DNA of 64,000 nucleotides, taken from NCBI GenBank assembly GCA_050730875.1, contig JBOHNX010000001.1, forward strand, positions 141,827-205,826, read 5' to 3'. The notes beneath the pieces were generated by a model that had not been told where the DNA came from, did not search any database, and saw only the letters and a program-made list of their open reading frames with translations. A program made the translations under genes and the position numbers. Shown piece after piece: positions 25,322-34,371 of the stretch. Each line of letters begins with the position of its first letter. The stretch's first letter is position 1. Source of the stretch: Candidatus Saccharimonadales bacterium (GTDB lineage Bacteria; Patescibacteriota; Saccharimonadia; Saccharimonadales; EFPC-124).

Positions 25322-27382
25322 TTACTGAACGGTCAGCAACCAGTCGGCCGCATGTTTTGTCCAAATGGACGCATACTGATAATGCGCACAGTTAGATCCA
25401 TCCGACAAGAAACATTGCTCGAAACCATCCCACGACGTAAAGTTACATATCGGGTCATTGGCTAGACAGTAGCTGGCTGTTTTTCCTGTCAGAGAGGGAG
25501 GCAGTTCGCGTGGGGGCAACCCCCCTGGCCCGGCCGGAGACGACCAAATACCATACAAGCTGGTATCGTATGTTCCTCGATTGAACGTGGATTGCGGGTT
25601 GAATCGAGGATCACCGAAAAGGACTATTCCGTGTATCTGAGCCTGGATCTCTGTAGGGAGCGCAGACGCTACATCTGCAGCGACGTGAGCTCCCTGACTG
25701 TAGCCGGCCAGAATCACATCCGTGGCTGGGCAGTCTTTGTGCAACTGCGTCAGATAACCCGTCAAGGCGTCCACGCCCGCTTTCACGCTTTCGCTGTAAT
25801 CAGCGGGGTAGCTCCTCTGGTAGGGATCAACTGGAACCGCCGGGTATGCCACTGCAGCAACCTGAAGCCCGCTGAGGCCGCCGGCAACCAGCTGATTCTT
25901 GAGATCCTGGATGGTTCTGCCGACTCCCTCGTATTCGAACGGGTTTTCCCCCGAACCACGCACTCCAACGAGCTGAGTGGTCGGGCATGTTACGGGGGTT
26001 GGCCCTATGCCCAGGGTAGCGCTTCTTGGGTAATCCAACCCCAGTCGTTGCAGCGGCACTGCGTACAAACTCTGAGTGCGACCCTGACAGCTAGAAGTGT
26101 CGGCGTTGGTGCAATATCCGATCGACAAGTACAACTTGTCCTGGGACAGAGCCCAGCTTGCGCCTCGGGCAAACCTCGTCGTCTGTTGAAAGTCGAACCA
26201 GTTCGTGTCGAACTGAGCAACCCTGCTCAAGTCTGGCCGTTGCAGTGTGAATTGCCAGCCACGCAGGATCTTGCTACCGCTCCTCCAGTTGTACTGCCTT
26301 GTGAGCAAGATGTTTCCATTTCCATCCGCTCTCACGATTGCCGGCAGAAAACTATTGGAGGTAGAGCCCAGATCGGTGAAGGTCCGATAATCCTCAGTAG
26401 TGCTCAGCGTCGAGCTGCGAACAGTGTAGCTGCTGTCGTTTGGCGTGTAAGAGAGAAGGACCGGTTGACCCGCGTCGTTGTACGCTACAACTGTTGCTCC
26501 ACCATTCGTGGTTGCAGTGGTGCTCGCGATGTTCCAGCACGACGACCAACTGAACTTGAAGATCCTGCCTGTTGTGGGAGTGTACTCTTGGAAGTTGATC
26601 GTTTTGTATCGGTTGACGCATGTGCCGCTAGAGCTCTGGAAGTCTTCCTGGAACACACGCCCATCGATATTCGCTGCACGAATCCAACCGCCCGAGCCCG
26701 CCTGTGAGAGATTGGTTGGCATGTAGTCGGATCCGTCATGCTTGATGTACCGAATGGTGCGGAGTGTGTTCTGCAGAATGACACCATACTGGTAAGCGCT
26801 GAACCATGTAACAGTTGCCTTGCCGAGGTTTTTCTCGAACAAAATACGACCAGTTGATGGGTCGATTTTGTTGAGGAAGTTGCCCGTCTGGCATTTGTTG
26901 TCGACAGAAACTGCGTACAGGTATCCGTCGACACCAACTGTCATCGATTTGAGTGCGCGGTCGACAAGCCCGTATGTGCTGCAGTACGATCGAAGGCTAA
27001 TCTCCCACGTCAACGTGGTGCCACGATATGCAACTACGGTATAACGCCCGCTCCTGTTGTCGGTATAACCGAATACCGTCCCATCTTTTGCGACGGCGCC
27101 CTGCGACCAGCACACGTATGTGTACTTTCCGGTGACCTGGGGCACAGTTGCGCTGATCGTGCCGTCTGGTGCGAAAGTCTTGAAGGCGGTGGAACCGGAG
27201 CTGGCGCAGTTGGCAGCGACAACGCTACCGTTTGCAGTCGACATGACGTAGTCGCTCTGCAAGTCGCTGGTGTCCTGTGGCCACGCGGGACTTACGGCTT
27301 CCGCAGGACTAATAGCCCAAAACGATTGCAGGAGCATGACGAGCACCGGGATGAGCAATTTGCGGCTTAACCCTTGCATCAC
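25322..27382 (-). CDS. secreted two-domain protein: ~430-aa unknown (beta-rich) N-domain + C-terminal cutinase-family serine esterase
   Basis: Signal peptide MMQGLSRKLLIPVLVMLLQSFWAISPAEA. The cutinase domain spans aa ~466-675 (LVGVRGSGE). The nucleophile elbow is GYSQGA (Ser codon at 25697-25699). Also has NDPIC and CAHYQY. A GGAAGGTGA RBS is present. GC-richer than its neighbours. Confidence 0.75.
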   Translation of the reverse strand: MMQGLSRKLLIPVLVMLLQSFWAISPAEAVSPAWPQDTSDLQSDYVMSTANGSVVAANCASSGSTAFKTFAPDGTISATVPQVTGKYTYVCWSQGAVAKDGTVFGYTDNRSGRYTVVAYRGTTLTWEISLRSYCSTYGLVDRALKSMTVGVDGYLYAVSVDNKCQTGNFLNKIDPSTGRILFEKNLGKATVTWFSAYQYGVILQNTLRTIRYIKHDGSDYMPTNLSQAGSGGWIRAANIDGRVFQEDFQSSSGTCVNRYKTINFQEYTPTTGRIFKFSWSSCWNIASTTATTNGGATVVAYNDAGQPVLLSYTPNDSSYTVRSSTLSTTEDYRTFTDLGSTSNSFLPAIVRADGNGNILLTRQYNWRSGSKILRGWQFTLQRPDLSRVAQFDTNWFDFQQTTRFARGASWALSQDKLYLSIGYCTNADTSSCQGRTQSLYAVPLQRLGLDYPRSATLGIGPTPVTCPTTQLVGVRGSGENPFEYEGVGRTIQDLKNQLVAGGLSGLQVAAVAYPAVPVDPYQRSYPADYSESVKAGVDALTGYLTQLHKDCPATDVILAGYSQGAHVAADVASALPTEIQAQIHGIVLFGDPRFNPQSTFNRGTYDTSLYGIWSSPAGPGGLPPRELPPSLTGKTASYCLANDPICNFTSWDGFEQCFLSDGSNCAHYQYASIWTKHAADWLLTVQ

Positions 27383-27560
27383 TTCACCTTCCGAAGGCTA
27401 GGGGGATGTTAAAGAACGAGCTGTTGTTACAGCCCCTTGCAGATCCGAAGAACCGAGTTAATTATACGTAACTTTGGGTAATGAGCAACAGAGATTAATT
27501 GATCACGTGGCTATTTGCTAGAAATCAAAACCACCCACGAGGGGTGGCTTGGATGTTCTA

Positions 27561-27635
27561 TGGTGACCCTATGGGGAATCGAACCCCAGTTACCAGGATG
27601 AGAACCTGGCGTCCTAACCGCTAGACGATAGGGCC
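27561..27635 (-). tRNA. tRNA-Glu (anticodon CUC), CCA encoded
   Basis: 75-nt cloverleaf GGCCCUA/UAGGGUC. Anticodon loop UUCUCAU. T-arm UGGGGUUCGAUUCCCCA. A terminator hairpin lies at about 27528-27545 on the - strand. Confidence 0.92.
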
Positions 27636-27684
27636 GGATTTAACTCGGGATATCGTACCACAACAGGGGCGGTGTGTCTACGCC

Positions 27685-28140
27685 CTATGCGGAGTATGCG
27701 ATGCCGTCGCGCTCGTAAGCTTCGCGTATTGCTTGGCGGATTTCATCTATTTTGTATTTTGCGAATTGAACACTTGGAGATTCAGTTTGTGGTTCGGGGC
27801 GGTGTACGTTGGTGTATTCTGCCGAGTGTCTTGGTTCGTAGTCGGAATTTGTGAAATAACCTTCTTGGCGCAGGGCAAGTGAACCAAACGAGCGAATATG
27901 GCGGCTAACTTCACCAACCAGTGCTTCACCGAGGTCGTAGCGATGATGTCTGCCTTGTTCTGCAACAACGTGAATACCTCGCAATGCAAGCATTGCAGTA
28001 TCGCGATACTCTTGATCGCGCAACGTTTCTGAAGGTGGATTAATTTCGCCCGCAACTACAGCTGGCTGCAAGCCCTGGACGTGTTCGGGTAGGGCGAACG
28101 GTGAAGATGAACGATAGTTGGCGCTATTTGTTCGGTTCAT
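27685..28140 (-). CDS. hypothetical protein
   Basis: 151-aa ORF with no recognisable motif. Confidence 0.4.
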   Translation of the reverse strand: MNRTNSANYRSSSPFALPEHVQGLQPAVVAGEINPPSETLRDQEYRDTAMLALRGIHVVAEQGRHHRYDLGEALVGEVSRHIRSFGSLALRQEGYFTNSDYEPRHSAEYTNVHRPEPQTESPSVQFAKYKIDEIRQAIREAYERDGIAYSA

Positions 28141-28180
28141 GTTGTGTTTTATTTTAACACAAAACAGTTAATATGACAAA

Positions 28181-28564
28181 CTACTCAGCTTTTTGGAGAG
28201 AGCCGATGATGTCGAGTAGTTTGCTGGGGGTTATATCGGCTTTAATAAGATAGCCGTCGGCTTTACTTTCCATTGCCATGCGCGATTCTTCGTCTTGGCT
28301 GAAGTTGGTTAGTACTAAGATGCGTGAATGCGGCACGAGGTCTTTATCGCCACGCAAGGCTTTTAGGATGTCGCTGCCGTGCTTTTCGGGCAACAAAATG
28401 TCGAGCAAAATTAGGTCGTACTGCTTTTCTAGTGCGGCTTTGAGGCCGGCTTCGCCATTTGTAACTAGATCTACCTGGTACCCAGCGTTGCGCAGGCTCC
28501 GGGCGTACATTTCGCCGATAAATAGGTCGTCTTCGATACAGAGAATTGTTGAAATTTGTGCCAT
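28181..28564 (-). CDS. single-domain (CheY-like) response regulator
   Basis: ILCIEDDLFI...LILLDILLPEKHG...LTNF...KADGYLIK are receiver motifs. Confidence 0.85.
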   Translation of the reverse strand: MAQISTILCIEDDLFIGEMYARSLRNAGYQVDLVTNGEAGLKAALEKQYDLILLDILLPEKHGSDILKALRGDKDLVPHSRILVLTNFSQDEESRMAMESKADGYLIKADITPSKLLDIIGSLQKAE

Positions 28565-28568
28565 AAAT

Positions 28569-30107
28569 CTACCTGCTAATCATCGCGTGGTTTTTAATCC
28601 ACCCTTCCGTGCGCTGGGTAATATCTTTTTCCTCATTATTACCGCTTTTTAGTTTGTCTGCAACGCTTGCGTAGGTTGGAACGGTAAAGCCAAAGGTCGA
28701 GCCCTCCCCTTCCTTAGAGCGTACCCAAATGGTGCCGCCATGGGATTCAACTATGGTTTTACAGATGTAGAGTCCTAGCCCAGTGCCCGAAACGGTCTGT
28801 TTAGAGCGGTGCGAACGGTAAAAACGATTAAACAGATTACTAACGACTGAGGCGGGCATGCCGATGCCGCTATCTTGCACAGTAACTTCGACAAATTTTT
28901 CCTTTGGCGTGGCACTAATGACCACTTCCCCGCCCTCGTGGCTATATTTAATGGCGTTGTCGATAAGGTTAGTCAGCACTTCGCTTAAGCTGCTGCGGTC
29001 GGCTGCAATGGTTGGGATTTCGGGCGGAATGTGGAAGCTGAGGCGGCGGTTTTGGGTTTTGGCGCGTAGGGCGAGGTCTGGGACCAGGGTTTCAATAACA
29101 TCGAGTATCTTTTCTTCGTGCAGGTGCACCTTAAGCGTGTGGCGGTCGTAGCGCGAGACGTTAAGGATGTTGTTAACGTAGCCAGAAAGTCGCTCGGCCG
29201 ATACTTGCAATCGATCGATGAGCGCTTGCTGATCGTCGGTAAGTTGGCTCCCTAACTCCTGCTTGAGCACCTCTAAATAGCCGCGAATGACGGTAATTGG
29301 GCCGCGCAACTCGTGCGCTGCCAGAGCGATAAAGTCCATGTCTTCTTGATCGTCGGCGTACTGCGCGGTGCGGTCGAACGCTACAAGTACGGCTTCGACG
29401 CCGGCGTTGTCATTCTTTTGGTAGTAGCCGGCGACGTCGAAGATGCGGCGACCTTCTTCGCCAGGTACTTTATCGGCCACGCGAATCCATACGTGACTAT
29501 CGCGTACTTTGTTGGCTTGGCAGTCGGCCAGCCATTTGGCGACGTCGTCGTTTTGTTCGAATATAAGGTCGAGCGCGTAGGTGCCATCTGGCGTGGCGCT
29601 GGCTGGTGCGGTTGAGTTAGCGTAGACTACCTTGCCGTCTTGGCCAATGGCTATCACACCGGCTGGGATGCTATCCACAATGTGCCGAAAGAAATCTGTT
29701 TGTGGAGATGTTTTAGCCGGCTGTTTGCCGTCTTCCGGGTATGATGCCACGGCAAGTTCATACACCGTTTGTACCATCTCTTTCAGGCCGGAAGCCGTAA
29801 AACGTTTGGCTCTAATGTCTGGCGGTGGCGTGACCACCGGGTCTTTCGATACATGCGCGATTGCTTGCGACAGCACTTTAAGCGGTTCGCTGGCGCGCTT
29901 AAATAGCATCGGCGCCACAATAGCGTTAATAATTACCAAGGCGCTGAGGCCTAGCGCGAAGGCAAGCAGCGGCTCGAGCCTCAGGACATCCCAGAATACC
30001 CAGGCGACGGTGCCCGCAGCAATTGCGCTTAAAATTTGCACCAGCATAAAAAACGGGAGCGTCGCATGGCGATATCGCTCAAAATACTCGTGGATTTTTA
30101 CTGCCAC
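28569..30107 (-). CDS. sensor histidine kinase
   Basis: H-box FIALAAHELRGPITVI, N-box NLIDNAIKYS and G-boxes DSGIGM...GTGLGLYICK. Confidence 0.88.
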   Translation of the reverse strand: MAVKIHEYFERYRHATLPFFMLVQILSAIAAGTVAWVFWDVLRLEPLLAFALGLSALVIINAIVAPMLFKRASEPLKVLSQAIAHVSKDPVVTPPPDIRAKRFTASGLKEMVQTVYELAVASYPEDGKQPAKTSPQTDFFRHIVDSIPAGVIAIGQDGKVVYANSTAPASATPDGTYALDLIFEQNDDVAKWLADCQANKVRDSHVWIRVADKVPGEEGRRIFDVAGYYQKNDNAGVEAVLVAFDRTAQYADDQEDMDFIALAAHELRGPITVIRGYLEVLKQELGSQLTDDQQALIDRLQVSAERLSGYVNNILNVSRYDRHTLKVHLHEEKILDVIETLVPDLALRAKTQNRRLSFHIPPEIPTIAADRSSLSEVLTNLIDNAIKYSHEGGEVVISATPKEKFVEVTVQDSGIGMPASVVSNLFNRFYRSHRSKQTVSGTGLGLYICKTIVESHGGTIWVRSKEGEGSTFGFTVPTYASVADKLKSGNNEEKDITQRTEGWIKNHAMISR

Positions 30108-31180
30108 TTTACGCTCCTTTCGGGAGTGTTGACGGTAATCCAGGTTTGGCCAGGGTTCAGCGCAACCGGCTTGCCGGATTTGTCATAAAATTGGATTTGG
30201 TCTTTGCGGTCCGTTTTGCGCCAAAAACCTTCGGTTACTGTGCCGTCCTGGAAAATGTAGACTTGGTTGTGGCCAATGGTGGTCATTTGTTCGCGGTAGC
30301 CATCTTCGAAACCGCGGTGCATCGGGACTTTCATGGCGATGACGACCTTCGGCATAACCTGCCCGCCCTCGCGGTCTTTATGCGGTGCGCCGCCAAGGTG
30401 GCGAACGTAGCTGTTAGTGGCTGCATCGTAGTTGTAGCGCACGTTATAGGTGGCGGATGAGACAGTAATGTCGACTGCAGTCGCGTTTGGTGGATTGACT
30501 GCGCCGTCTAACTTGCGTGGAAAGCCCGTGAATTTACTGCTGGTAAAACCTTTGGACTGATTAAGCGCGTCTAGTTTGTCGAAGTTGGTGTACACGTTGT
30601 GTGGTGCCGCGCGGTCGGTGGCACGCCAGTAGTAGCGGCCATTAAAGAACTGGTCGATATCTTTGTAAGTGCCGTTGCGGATTTCATTCAGGGCGTTTTT
30701 GCTGCCGCCGACGTGCGCTACTGCCGCGTCGAACGGCGCCAGCCAGTCAACGTAGTATGGGCGCAAGCTGCGCACTGGGCCGATTAATCCAGGGCGATCT
30801 TCTTGGTATAAGCAGAGCAAACGTGTAATGCCGCCTTCGGCAATGGCTTCGAACACGATGCCGGCGTTTTTGATGCCCGATTGTGGCCGAGCTGATGGGC
30901 TGTTTTCGATCATAATGGCCGTGACCTGGCGCTTGGTGGCGCCCTCGTCGGGCACTTCTACTCCAGTAAGTGGCGAGTAAAATTTTTGGGCAACGGCTAC
31001 CTGCTGTTTTGGCGGCAGTGGCACGCCATTTTCATCGCGCTCGACAGGTGGGAATAACATCGTGGCCGCAAGCAAGCCGCCAGCTACGATAATTAAAAAG
31101 CCGTTGATTGCAATTGCCGTAGTGTGGTGTCGGGCGGTCCAGCCGGTAAATCGTTGCCAGACCCGTTTAATACGTTCCAT
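30098..31180 (-). CDS. DUF3048 (YerB-like) membrane-anchored protein
   Basis: PLTG...VTAIMIENSPSARPQSGIKNAGIVFEAIAEGGITRLLCLY is typical of DUF3048. It overlaps the start of the histidine kinase gene. Confidence 0.7.
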   Translation of the reverse strand: MERIKRVWQRFTGWTARHHTTAIAINGFLIIVAGGLLAATMLFPPVERDENGVPLPPKQQVAVAQKFYSPLTGVEVPDEGATKRQVTAIMIENSPSARPQSGIKNAGIVFEAIAEGGITRLLCLYQEDRPGLIGPVRSLRPYYVDWLAPFDAAVAHVGGSKNALNEIRNGTYKDIDQFFNGRYYWRATDRAAPHNVYTNFDKLDALNQSKGFTSSKFTGFPRKLDGAVNPPNATAVDITVSSATYNVRYNYDAATNSYVRHLGGAPHKDREGGQVMPKVVIAMKVPMHRGFEDGYREQMTTIGHNQVYIFQDGTVTEGFWRKTDRKDQIQFYDKSGKPVALNPGQTWITVNTPERSVKWQ

Positions 31181-31308
31181 TGAGCTCGATTATAGCAAAA
31201 GCGTTATGAATAGATAGCCGTAAACGGTATTGACATAAGCATAATAATGTAGTATTTTGTATCGATTGAGTTAGCACAGTGTTAGCTCAACGGACGAAGG
31301 GTATTTCG

Positions 31309-31455
31309 ATGCTGAAGAAACTTCAGGAGATCATGACGGCTGCGATGGCCGTGTTGCTGACGGAGCCGAAGGTTGCCTATGCGACCACCACAACCGACCA
31401 GCGTCCGCGACGCTACAGTGGCAACCACCGCGCTGGCCGCCAGCTACGGATCTGA
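31309..31455 (+). CDS. hypothetical 48-aa peptide (uncertain)
   Basis: Promoter TTGACA-17-TATTTT at 31230-31258. Weak AAGGG RBS. A perfect 12-bp hairpin (31470-31481/31498-31509) follows the stop. GC-rich. Confidence 0.3.
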   Translation: MLKKLQEIMTAAMAVLLTEPKVAYATTTTDQRPRRYSGNHRAGRQLRI

Positions 31456-31517
31456 CGACACCTCGTCTCGCCGGCTTCCTCTGGGCTTCATGCTCACGAG
31501 GAAGCCGGCTCTTCAAT

Positions 31518-32936
31518 TTAGAGAACTTTTTTAATACGCTGCAGGGTTTTTTCTTTGCCGAGTACGTGCATGGTTTCGAACAGGCCTGGCGCGACATTGC
31601 TGCCGGTTATGACGGCGCGAATTAAGCCGAATAACAAGCCGGTTTTGGTGTCTAATTTTTCTACCAAACCGCGCATGCGCTTTTCGAGGTCGGCTTCGCT
31701 AAAATCGCTGTGCTCTAGCTCGGCAAGAGTAGTTTCTAGCATCTCGCGGCTTTCGACGCTCGAGAGTTTTTTAAGCTGTTTGTTGCTGGCGAATAACTCG
31801 TCGGTTACATCTGGTTCTTCGAAGAAAAAGTTTGTCAGTTGTAGCAATTCTGCCAGGAATTTTAGGCGTTCGTGCACTAGGCGCAGGACGTCTTTTTTGT
31901 AGGTGTCGTCAAATTTAGTCGCGCTTTCTGGCCAAAAGTCTTTGCTGCGCTCAAATAATTCGTCTAGGCTGAGCCGACGAATGTGTGCACCGTTTAGCCA
32001 CGTGAGGCGCTGCTCGTCTAGAATTGCACCACTTTTTTGTACGCGCTCCAGGCTGAATTTCTTGATGAGTTCATCAACTGTATACACTTCTTGCTCGGTG
32101 CCATCGTTCCAGCCGAGTGTGGCGATAAAGTTAATGAGCGCTTCTGGCAAGTAGCCTTCGTCGCGATATTGCAGAATGCTTTTAGCGCCGTGGCGCTTGC
32201 TGAGTTTACGCTTGCCGGTGGTGTCGAGCACGGGTGGCATGGTGGCGTTTATTGGCGCTTTCCAACCGAGCGCTTCGTGCACGGCAATGAATTTAGGGAT
32301 GCTACTGAGGAATTCTTGACTGCGGATGACGTGGGTGATTTCCATCAGATGATCATCGACAATGTGGGCGAAGTTGTAGGTTGCAAAACCATCGCTCTTT
32401 AAAATGATGAAGTCGTCGATCATCTCGGGGCCCATGGTTATCTTGCCCATTACGGCATCGTCCCAAGCATAGGTTTTGGGCTCTAACTTGATGCGCAGTG
32501 GCTGCGTGCCATCCCATTTTGGTGGGTTGGCTGGTCGGTGGTCGCGATACAAGAATGGTCGTTTTTCGGCCTGAGCTTTTTCGCGCAGCGCCTGGAGTTC
32601 GTGTGGGCTGTATGGGTCGGCGTAGGCTAAGCCTTTGTCGTAGAGCTCCTTGGCAAATTTTTTGTAGATGTCGAGGCGCTTGGATTGAACGTATGGTTCG
32701 TGCGGGCCGCCAACATCGGGGCCTTCGTCCCATGTGAGACTGAGCCACTGCAGGCTTTCTTTAATGTTTTGGGTGCCGCCTTCTACCTCGCGGGCTTGGT
32801 CGGTGTCTTCAATGCGCAGCAAAAATTGGCCTTTGCTTTGGCGTGCAAGCAGCCACGCAAATAAAGCGGTGCGCACTGCCCCGCCGTGCAATGCGCCGGT
32901 TGGGCTTGGAGCAAAACGTGTTCGAACGGTTTTCAT
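31518..32936 (-). CDS. gltX: glutamyl-tRNA synthetase
   Basis: The start MKTVRTRFAPSPTGALHGG carries the HIGH-type motif. The KMSKS-type motif is KLSKRHG. The ORF track extends to 33062 through the leader. Confidence 0.93.
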   Translation of the reverse strand: MKTVRTRFAPSPTGALHGGAVRTALFAWLLARQSKGQFLLRIEDTDQAREVEGGTQNIKESLQWLSLTWDEGPDVGGPHEPYVQSKRLDIYKKFAKELYDKGLAYADPYSPHELQALREKAQAEKRPFLYRDHRPANPPKWDGTQPLRIKLEPKTYAWDDAVMGKITMGPEMIDDFIILKSDGFATYNFAHIVDDHLMEITHVIRSQEFLSSIPKFIAVHEALGWKAPINATMPPVLDTTGKRKLSKRHGAKSILQYRDEGYLPEALINFIATLGWNDGTEQEVYTVDELIKKFSLERVQKSGAILDEQRLTWLNGAHIRRLSLDELFERSKDFWPESATKFDDTYKKDVLRLVHERLKFLAELLQLTNFFFEEPDVTDELFASNKQLKKLSSVESREMLETTLAELEHSDFSEADLEKRMRGLVEKLDTKTGLLFGLIRAVITGSNVAPGLFETMHVLGKEKTLQRIKKVL

Positions 32937-33095
32937 TACTGAATTAGTATGCCTAGGTTTTACTGTTCTGGCAAGGAAGGGACCCGCGAGCCTCGTCACC
33001 CGGTATCCCACCATGCTCAGACATCGCTTCGCGAACTCGCGCGGGAGCCCTCCGGGTGCCACTCGCGGCTGACGTAGGCTGGATATTCCGCCGAG
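32937..33095 (-). promoter_or_regulatory. GC-rich structured 5' leader of gltX (possible T-box-like element)
   Basis: 159 nt between the upstream stop and the gltX ATG. It contains AUGGUGGGAUACCGGG, which resembles the T-box core GGGUGGUACCGCG including a UGGU. Alternative pairings are possible (CCCGCGCGAG / CUCGCGGG). Confidence 0.35.
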
Positions 33096-34199
33096 CTACA
33101 AGCTTGTGGCGAGGCGTAGGATTTGGTCGGAGCTGAGGCCAGCTTTGCCCTCGACGGTATAGAGTAAGCCGCCGTTGGTCCAGGCCGCCTTGTTGTCGAA
33201 GGTGTAAACGGTGAGGCCGCGCTCTTGGAATGTCAGGTAGGTGTCGGTTTGCTTCATGACGTAGTTGTCGAGCAGAGCTTGGCTGTCCCACTTGCTGGCT
33301 TTTTGGGTCAGTTTAAAGCCTTCGGTGTTGCTGTTGGACTTGTACGCAACGGTAACTTCACCTGGTGCGTAGGTTATTGGGCCGTTTAGGCTGTAGCCGT
33401 CGGGCTTATAGCTTGGGAAGCTGGCAGCGATGCCGGCGCGTGATGCTGCAACTTTCATAGAGATATTTGGCAGGTTCATGTAGGTGATGTAGCCGCCCAA
33501 AACCAGCAGCGCGAGCGAGCTAGCTAAAATAGTGCCCAGGCGTGGCCGGCGAGCAAAAAAGCCTTTTTTCGCGTCCTTTGGTTCGTCGACTTCGGCTAGG
33601 CGCTCTTTAATAAGCATTTCTTTCAGTTCTTTGCTACTGTGCGCTTTTGGCTGCTCTGCCTGGCGCTTTGCGGCTTGCTTTTGCAGTACTTTGGCTACGG
33701 CAGGATGCAACTGTGTAGCTTTTTCGGCTGGCTCAACGACCTCTGGTTTGGCCGTAGTGGCCATGTCTGCCGCTAAGCGAGCTGGCTTGTTGAATGGCCC
33801 AAACCGACTAATAAGTGGGCTGCGTGCAGAACTCGCAGGTGCGGCTTCTGCTTCTGGCTTTTTGAGCGCTTTGCGGTATAACGTTTGTGATTTTTGTGGC
33901 TGCTGATGAATCGCCCGCGCGACGGCGTGGGATGGGCGCTCTAATGTTGCGGTAGCTGTTTTTGCAACTGGCGCAGCTGCCTGCGCGGTAGTTTTTACGG
34001 GAGGTCGCGTTGGAGTAACTGCACGGCTTGGACCGATATCGCTGAAAGCCTTCACAGGAGGCCGTTTTTGCACGACGGTTGCCTGTGCGGTTTGAGTGCT
34101 TGCTTTGACAATAGGTTTCTGAGCGGACTGCGATACCGGCATGCCAGTACTAGCATCATATAACCGCCCATTGATAGTAATAGTTGTCGCTTTTGTCAT
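33096..34199 (-). CDS. single-pass membrane protein, A/P/K-rich N-terminal region, extracytoplasmic C-domain
   Basis: 367-aa ORF. TM helix LGTILASSLALLVLGGYITYM. No firm family assignment. Confidence 0.5.
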   Translation of the reverse strand: MTKATTITINGRLYDASTGMPVSQSAQKPIVKASTQTAQATVVQKRPPVKAFSDIGPSRAVTPTRPPVKTTAQAAAPVAKTATATLERPSHAVARAIHQQPQKSQTLYRKALKKPEAEAAPASSARSPLISRFGPFNKPARLAADMATTAKPEVVEPAEKATQLHPAVAKVLQKQAAKRQAEQPKAHSSKELKEMLIKERLAEVDEPKDAKKGFFARRPRLGTILASSLALLVLGGYITYMNLPNISMKVAASRAGIAASFPSYKPDGYSLNGPITYAPGEVTVAYKSNSNTEGFKLTQKASKWDSQALLDNYVMKQTDTYLTFQERGLTVYTFDNKAAWTNGGLLYTVEGKAGLSSDQILRLATSL

Positions 34200-34371
34200 A
34201 CCCCTAAAGACGATCCCTCCGCCGCACTGTTTGTTTTGGTGCCCTCGTGTGCGTTGATCTAATTAATAATAGTAAAAGCATTAGGGCATCTAGGCAAGCA
34301 CTTTTCCACTATGTTTTGTTGCCTATTATCGTCAGAATGGTGACTGTGCTATATACTGATCATTAGATTTT

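Noticed and set aside
25592-26707. A 371-aa ORF on the + strand.
   Set aside because: It lies entirely antisense to the cutinase-fusion gene. It is an R/A/S-rich nonsense-like sequence of the kind long shadow ORFs produce in GC-rich coding DNA.
31518-33062. The ORF track extends gltX by 42 codons at the N-terminus.
   Set aside because: The extension is an R/G/P-rich translation of the structured leader. The conserved GluRS N-terminus begins at the Met at 32936.
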